Shown here piece by piece: positions 25,401-29,520 of a stretch of 29,520 nucleotides of DNA; positions within the stretch are counted from its first letter, which is position 1; the number at the start of each line of letters is the position of its first letter. A model generated the notes under the pieces. The model was not told the DNA's origin and searched no databases. It worked only from the letters and a program-made list of their open reading frames with translations. Position numbers and translations under genes: made by a program. The DNA lies in IMG/VR virus record IMGVR_UViG_3300048575_000132, positions 1-29,520 of that record; one strand, written 5' to 3'. This stretch comes from a virus (taxonomy: Duplodnaviria > Caudoviricetes).

Positions 25401-26379
25401 GACCCGGTCCGTGGTCTTCGGTGCGCCGGATGTCGTGTTGCTCGACCTGCCGCAGCTCTCCGAGGACCAGCCCGCGCACCGGCCAATTGTCGCGGCGCAC
25501 GCCGTTCCCTGGCCGGGCGAGTTGGCGGTGTTCCGCAGCCCTTCGAACGATGGCTTCGCCTTGCTGACTACCTTCGGCGGCCGCGCCCGGATCGGCACGC
25601 TGGTCTCGGACCTCTACCCGGGTCCGACCTCGCGCTTCGATCTCGGCAATGCTCTGGTCGTCGATCTGACATCCGGCACGCTGGAAAGCGTCACCGATCT
25701 GACCCTGTTCGGCGGCGCCAACGCGCTGGCGGTGGAATCCGCGCCAGGCGTCTGGGAAATCGTGCAGGCGGGAGCCGCCGAATTGATCGCCTCCGGCCGC
25801 TATCGCCTGACCCGCCTCCTGCGCGGCCAGCGCGGCACTGAAGCCGCGATGGGCAATCCCACCCCGGCCGGGGCACGAGTGGTGGTGGTGGATTCCGCCC
25901 TTGCCCCGCTGCCCATCGCCGAGGCCGATCTCGGTCTGCCATGGAACTGGCGCATCGGTCCTGCGGCACGGGCCGTCAATGACGCAAGCTACACCGCGCT
26001 CGCCTTCACGCCAGCCGGTCGCGGCCTCGTGCCCTTTGCGCCGGTCCATGTCGCACAACCGTGGCGGACAGCGCGTAGTCCCGGCGATCTGACCCTGCGC
26101 TGGACGCGGCGATCCCGCGCGCTAGTGGCCGATGCCTGGGAACAGGTCGAGGTGCCGCTGGCCGAGGACATGGAAAGCTACGACGTCCAGATCCTCGACG
26201 GGGCTGTCGTCAAGCGCACGCTGACCAGCACCACGACGTCTGTCCTCTACACCGCCGCCGAGCAGACCGCCGACTGGGGTGCGCCGTTCGGCCCCGGCCA
26301 GACACTGGCAATCCGCATCTACCAACTCTCGAACCGCCTCGGTCGCGGCGATCCCGCCGCTGTCATCCTCCAGTTCTAA
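22414..26379 (+). CDS. Baseplate multidomain 'megatron' protein with GTA TIM-barrel domain (RcGTA g15-like)
   Basis: IPRLYGRMRIGGNIIWA, PAYRGTAYVVFE, FGNRLPQLSFEV; TIM barrel FLIGTEM..YAADWSEY..GIDNYLPLSDW..FTELGCP; C-terminal LLRGQRGTE. Confidence 0.93.
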   Translation: MATLVLGAVGTAIGGAFGGAILGFSGAAIGGFIGSTVGSVVDSWIVSSLAPAQRIEGARLDTLRITSATEGAVIPRLYGRMRIGGNIIWATDFREETKTTTQGGGKGGGGGKVKTTEYLYYASFAVALCEGPITGIGRVWADGKAMDMTGVTWRWYPGSEVQTADPFIAAKMGAANTPAYRGTAYVVFEDLALATFGNRLPQLSFEVFRPLADPDTAEGLTRAVTLIPASGEFTYATDAIRKGSGGATVAENLNALPDRPDIVVALDRLQAMAPAVETVSLVVAWFGNDLRAGSCKVKPGVEVASKATTPANWSVNGVSRASAHLVSRDSEDRPVYGGTPADFAVVQAIQEMKARGLRVTFYPFLLMDVPLGNTLPNPYSANAANPGQPAFPWRGRITCSPAAGFAGSVDKTGTAATQVSALFGAATAGNFSVSGETVSFTGSPSDWGLRRMVLHYAHLCAAAGGVDAFLIGTEMPGLTTIRSGASTYPAVTAFKTLAADVSAILGAGTKIGYAADWSEYFGHHPQDGSGDVYFHLDSLWSDANIDFVGIDNYLPLSDWRDGFDHADALEGWPAIYDRAYLQANIAGGEGFDWFYASAADRSAQIRTPITDGAVGKPWVFRPKDIRAWWQSQHFNRPGGVESGLATAWVPQSKPIRFTELGCPAIDRGTNQPNVFFDPKSSESFTPYFSRGWRDDAIQRAYLEASYLHWGEPANNPISAVYGGRMVHVPECAAWTWDARPYPFFPELTDVWTDGPNWRLGHWLTGRLGAVSLAALVRHLCLRAGMPEALIDVSGLWGAVEGYAITALEAPRSSISTLARHFGFDAIETEGMIRFVMRGRASVVTLAHDDLVASHDGEALELVRAQETELPQALKWQVARADEDYDAALVEARRITVDTTRIASESFPMAIPPEEAERRCRRALMEAWIGRESATFRLPPSRLALDPADVIRLANDGREIELRLVSIADSDGLSMEAVRQDRAAYDLPPGDPRPASLTRSVVFGAPDVVLLDLPQLSEDQPAHRPIVAAHAVPWPGELAVFRSPSNDGFALLTTFGGRARIGTLVSDLYPGPTSRFDLGNALVVDLTSGTLESVTDLTLFGGANALAVESAPGVWEIVQAGAAELIASGRYRLTRLLRGQRGTEAAMGNPTPAGARVVVVDSALAPLPIAEADLGLPWNWRIGPAARAVNDASYTALAFTPAGRGLVPFAPVHVAQPWRTARSPGDLTLRWTRRSRALVADAWEQVEVPLAEDMESYDVQILDGAVVKRTLTSTTTSVLYTAAEQTADWGAPFGPGQTLAIRIYQLSNRLGRGDPAAVILQF

Positions 26380-26392
26380 AGGCCCGCGCCCC

Positions 26393-28315
26393 ATGTCCGA
26401 CACCTCCACCCATCTTGGCCTGCCATACCTTTTGGCCGCCCAAGCCCAGAAGCATGTCACCCACAACGAGGCCCTGCGCCTCCTCGACGCCATGGTGCAA
26501 CTCTCGGTCCTCGACCGCACGCGCACCACGCCGCCCGCCAGCCCCGCCGACGGCGATCGGCACCTTGTGGCATCGGGAGCGACGGGGCTCTGGGCCGGGT
26601 GGGATCTGAATGTCGCCTTCTGGGCCGATGGCGTATGGATGCGTCTGGTGCCGCGCCAAGGCTGGCTGGTCTGGATCGCGGCCGAGCAGGTCTTTGTCGT
26701 CTGGAATGGAAGTGCCTGGGACCCGGTCGGCGTGCCGCAGGATGTTTCCGACGCGATCTTCAGCCTCGTCAATGATGCCGATCCGACCAAGAAGGCGCTG
26801 TTTTCGCTGTCGGGGATCACCACCGGCACGACGCGCACCTTCACACTGCCCAACACCTCCAGCGAACTGGCGATCCTCGCGAACACCCAAACCTTCACCG
26901 GCAACAAGACCTTCTCCGGTACGCTGACCGCCTCGGGCACTGTCACCGTCTCGGCGGCATCGGCCAGCATCGGCACGGCGACTACGACCGCGACCTATGG
27001 CATGGGCACTGGGGCGACGACCACCGGCGTCACCAAGACCGTGAATCTCGGCACCGGCGGCGCATCCGGATCGACCACGGTCGTCAACATCGGCTCGGCG
27101 ACGGCGGGGTCAGCAGGCACCACGGTGGTGAACACGCCGACCGTGACCTTCGCCAATGCGGTGACACAGGTCGGCATGCCCCAGGCCAACCTGACCGCCC
27201 AGCTTCTCGGCCTCGGCGGGGCGACAGCGGACAGCACCAACCGCATGTCGGTCAATACCCCGGCACTGCTGTTCAACAACGCAGGCGCCGGGATCGAGGC
27301 CACGGTTAACAAGGCGGCGGCCGGGAACGATGCAGCTTTCGCCTTCAAGACTGGGTTCTCGGCTAGGGCGCTGATCGGCCTGTTGGGCAATGACGACTTC
27401 AGCTTCAAGGTCAGCCCGGATGGCTCGGCTTTCTTCGATGCCCTGAAGATCGATCGCACCAACGGCCAGGTGGAATTGCCACAACCCATTATCCTGCCGG
27501 GGCTCAGCGCCGCCCCGAGCGCGCCGCCCTCCGGCAAGGCGGCCGTCTACGCCCGAAATCGGGCGGGGGCACCATGGATCGACGTCATGCGCCCCTCCGG
27601 CCGGGACTTCCCGCTTCAACCCCACTTCGGGGTCAACCGGATTGCCAACTGGTCGCCGTCCGTCACGACTACGATCACCAGCGAAGGCCTGCCCATCACC
27701 TCGGTCGGGACCGTCTCGCACCCGACGCTGGCTGCAACGAACTTGGCCGCCAGCATGCGCCGCTGGCGACTGACCTCGGCGGCGGTGGTGGATTCAGCGG
27801 CCGAGCAGCGTTCTGCGGGTTGGGCCTGCTGGCGCGGCAACGCCGCGGGCCTCGGTGGCTGGACCTTCGTCACTCGGATTTCGCTCACGACACTGCAGGC
27901 CACCGGCATTGGCTTCTTCGGCCTCTATGGCTCGACTGCCGCGCTGGCCACCACCCTGACGCTGGCCGCCGCCATCAACTGCATCGGCATTGGGTTCCAG
28001 CGCGGCACCCACACCCGCTGGCAGCTGGTCGCAAACGACGGCACCGGCGCGCCGACGCTGACCGACATGGGCGCGAGTTTCGCCATCGCGACGGGTGGGG
28101 TGCTGACGCTCTTCATTGCCGCCCCACCAAACGGCAGTTCTGTCTGGGTGCGGGTGGTCGACGAGGTGTCGGGCACGGTGTTCGAGCAGGAGATCACTGC
28201 CGACCTACCTGCCAACACGCAGTTCCTGTCGCCACGGCTCTTCATGAATACCGGTGCCACAGCAGCAGCCGTCGCTTACGACTGCTCGGGCATGTACGTG
28301 GAGACAGATTTCTGA
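26393..28315 (+). CDS. DUF2793-domain tail fibre / receptor-binding protein (640 aa)
   Basis: LGLPYLLAAQAQKHVTHNEALRLLD..PADGDRHLV..W..P..GW N-terminus; Thr/Gly-rich shaft; beta-rich C-terminal domain. Confidence 0.9.
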   Translation: MSDTSTHLGLPYLLAAQAQKHVTHNEALRLLDAMVQLSVLDRTRTTPPASPADGDRHLVASGATGLWAGWDLNVAFWADGVWMRLVPRQGWLVWIAAEQVFVVWNGSAWDPVGVPQDVSDAIFSLVNDADPTKKALFSLSGITTGTTRTFTLPNTSSELAILANTQTFTGNKTFSGTLTASGTVTVSAASASIGTATTTATYGMGTGATTTGVTKTVNLGTGGASGSTTVVNIGSATAGSAGTTVVNTPTVTFANAVTQVGMPQANLTAQLLGLGGATADSTNRMSVNTPALLFNNAGAGIEATVNKAAAGNDAAFAFKTGFSARALIGLLGNDDFSFKVSPDGSAFFDALKIDRTNGQVELPQPIILPGLSAAPSAPPSGKAAVYARNRAGAPWIDVMRPSGRDFPLQPHFGVNRIANWSPSVTTTITSEGLPITSVGTVSHPTLAATNLAASMRRWRLTSAAVVDSAAEQRSAGWACWRGNAAGLGGWTFVTRISLTTLQATGIGFFGLYGSTAALATTLTLAAAINCIGIGFQRGTHTRWQLVANDGTGAPTLTDMGASFAIATGGVLTLFIAAPPNGSSVWVRVVDEVSGTVFEQEITADLPANTQFLSPRLFMNTGATAAAVAYDCSGMYVETDF

Positions 28316-28550
28316 TCTTTTCGCCAAAGTAGCAATGCTTCAAGCGCCCTACATGATCCAATCATGGCCAGCTCAAGCCCTAGTAGGTCCTGACTGGACA
28401 CAGACTTCGCTCAAACTCACTGAAATTAAAGCAAAAAAAGAGGGCCCTCGGTCTGGTTACCGAGAACTTTCGTCTTCGCTCAAAAGCGTCATTGTTCGGT
28501 TGCCTTCTCCCGAGTATTTCTTGGCCAAGTCGTTCAGGAGGGAGAACTCG

Positions 28551-29520
28551 ATGGTCCGCCTCATGTTGATTCTGACAGCGCTAGGACTTGCCAGCCCCGT
28601 CCATGCCGAGCCTGCCCTTGGGCCATGGGCGGGCTTGATGTCATGCTCAGATCAGATTTCGCGCTTGGATATGAACGTCGACGGAGCGGGTGAAGTATTT
28701 ATTGCATTCGGTGGCTACGATCAAGGCACTGAGAGCCTCATCGGTAGTTATCTGGCGCAATTCACGGAAACTAATTCTGACGGCATCTTGGCGGCCCATA
28801 TAACCTGGATCGATCAGCCAGCGGGGTACTTTCCACCCCGATTGTTTATTGAGTCCACAACGCCTGATCGGATCATCGGCTCCATGTATCCAGGTTCCGA
28901 AAACTGCCCCTTCATTATGCTACGAGGTGACCACAACACTGTCGATTTGGCAGCTATCCAAAGCGAACTGGTCCCGTCCGACGAACAGCGTACTGCAGAA
29001 CTTCAGGTGATGGTTGAGGTGCCGGTGTGGTTGCTAACGACAAGTTGGCGCTCAGTTTCGCCGTGCGATCAAATGCCTGCATCTGTGACATTTAGTGGCT
29101 CTGGCACAAAATCTACAGGATTTGTTGGCGACGGAGTTTCTTGGGTGGCACTCGAGGCACGCGGACAAGACATCGTGTTTGGCACGGGCTCCGGCCAAGC
29201 GATATTCGGCCTGATCCAACAGGATCGGATATTGATGCGTACAGATGGGTGGAGTTGTGTTTCAGTATACGCCCCCGAAGGAGAATTTGTGCCGCCGTTG
29301 CCAGCCGACCCGTTCGCCGCAACCCTAGGCACGACGGGACTCTCAGTTGGAGGTCTCATGTTGGGCCAGTCTCGAGAAGAAGCGTTTTTGGCGGTAGTGG
29401 AACTCGCCAGCGGCATGCGCGCTCAGGGTTGGGAGACTAGTATAAACCTCCCTCAAATCTATCAAGGCCATTGGACAACACAATCACAAGATTTGACTGA
29501 GATGTATCTCACCCTTATGG
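28551..29520 (+). CDS. Low-GC secreted hypothetical protein, partial (at least 323 aa, open to the window end)
   Basis: AGGAGGGAG RBS; signal peptide MVRLMLILTALGLASPVHA-EP; frame translated by hand with no stop through 29520; absent from the ORF track because it has no stop in the window. Confidence 0.8.
   Translation, partial: MVRLMLILTALGLASPVHAEPALGPWAGLMSCSDQISRLDMNVDGAGEVFIAFGGYDQGTESLIGSYLAQFTETNSDGILAAHITWIDQPAGYFPPRLFIESTTPDRIIGSMYPGSENCPFIMLRGDHNTVDLAAIQSELVPSDEQRTAELQVMVEVPVWLLTTSWRSVSPCDQMPASVTFSGSGTKSTGFVGDGVSWVALEARGQDIVFGTGSGQAIFGLIQQDRILMRTDGWSCVSVYAPEGEFVPPLPADPFAATLGTTGLSVGGLMLGQSREEAFLAVVELASGMRAQGWETSINLPQIYQGHWTTQSQDLTEMYLTLM

Larger units (their letters stand above)
1..28315 (+). 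mobile_element. Temperate siphophage/prophage late region (lambda-like head, RcGTA-like baseplate); extends left of the window, right boundary not determined
   Basis: Co-oriented terminase-portal-capsid-tail-lysis-baseplate-fibre genes, many coupled by ATGA/TGATG overlaps; no integrase or att site visible. Confidence 0.95.

Noticed and set aside
23713-26058. 781-aa minus-strand ORF, and similar long antisense ORFs (10234-11904, 20612-21955, 8685-9809, 2387-3625)
   Set aside because: Shadow ORFs opposite well-supported GC-rich genes; no motifs and no plausible independent function.
1-28315. Gene transfer agent cluster
   Set aside because: GpA-type terminase, cos-like site, long tape measure, methylases, morons and embedded lysis genes indicate a phage despite the GTA-like baseplate.
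28380-28470. attR or tRNA remnant
   Set aside because: No recognisable tRNA 3' end and no partner repeat in the window to compare against.
26393-29520. Diversity-generating retroelement or invertible tail-fibre cassette
   Set aside because: No reverse transcriptase, invertase or duplicated fibre 3' segment seen within the window.

Overview
Late-gene half of a GC-rich alphaproteobacterial (Rhodobacteraceae-like) temperate siphophage or prophage. From left to right it contains: the end of a RuvC-like gene; an HTH late regulator followed by a candidate promoter and terminator; a lambda-like cos site with IHF sites and phased repeats; a ~5 kb accessory block (zinc-finger HNH nuclease, ParB-N6/N4 DNA methylase, two low-GC membrane-protein morons, a decapitated C5 cytosine methyltransferase, a leftward DUF3489 operon); a lambda-type packaging and head module (TerS, GpA-type TerL, gpW, portal, fused protease-capsid); a HigBA toxin-antitoxin insertion; tail genes with a -1 frameshift chaperone; a lysis cassette embedded in an RcGTA-like baseplate module; a DUF2793 tail fibre; and a low-GC secreted-protein ORF running off the end. 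The most striking feature is ~780 nt (3661-4436) coding in two overlapping frames. One frame carries methyltransferase motifs VI, VIII and X. The other carries motif IX plus WPTP repeats, as in the two-polypeptide M.EcoHK31I architecture. All family assignments come from motif recognition and synteny; no searches were run.
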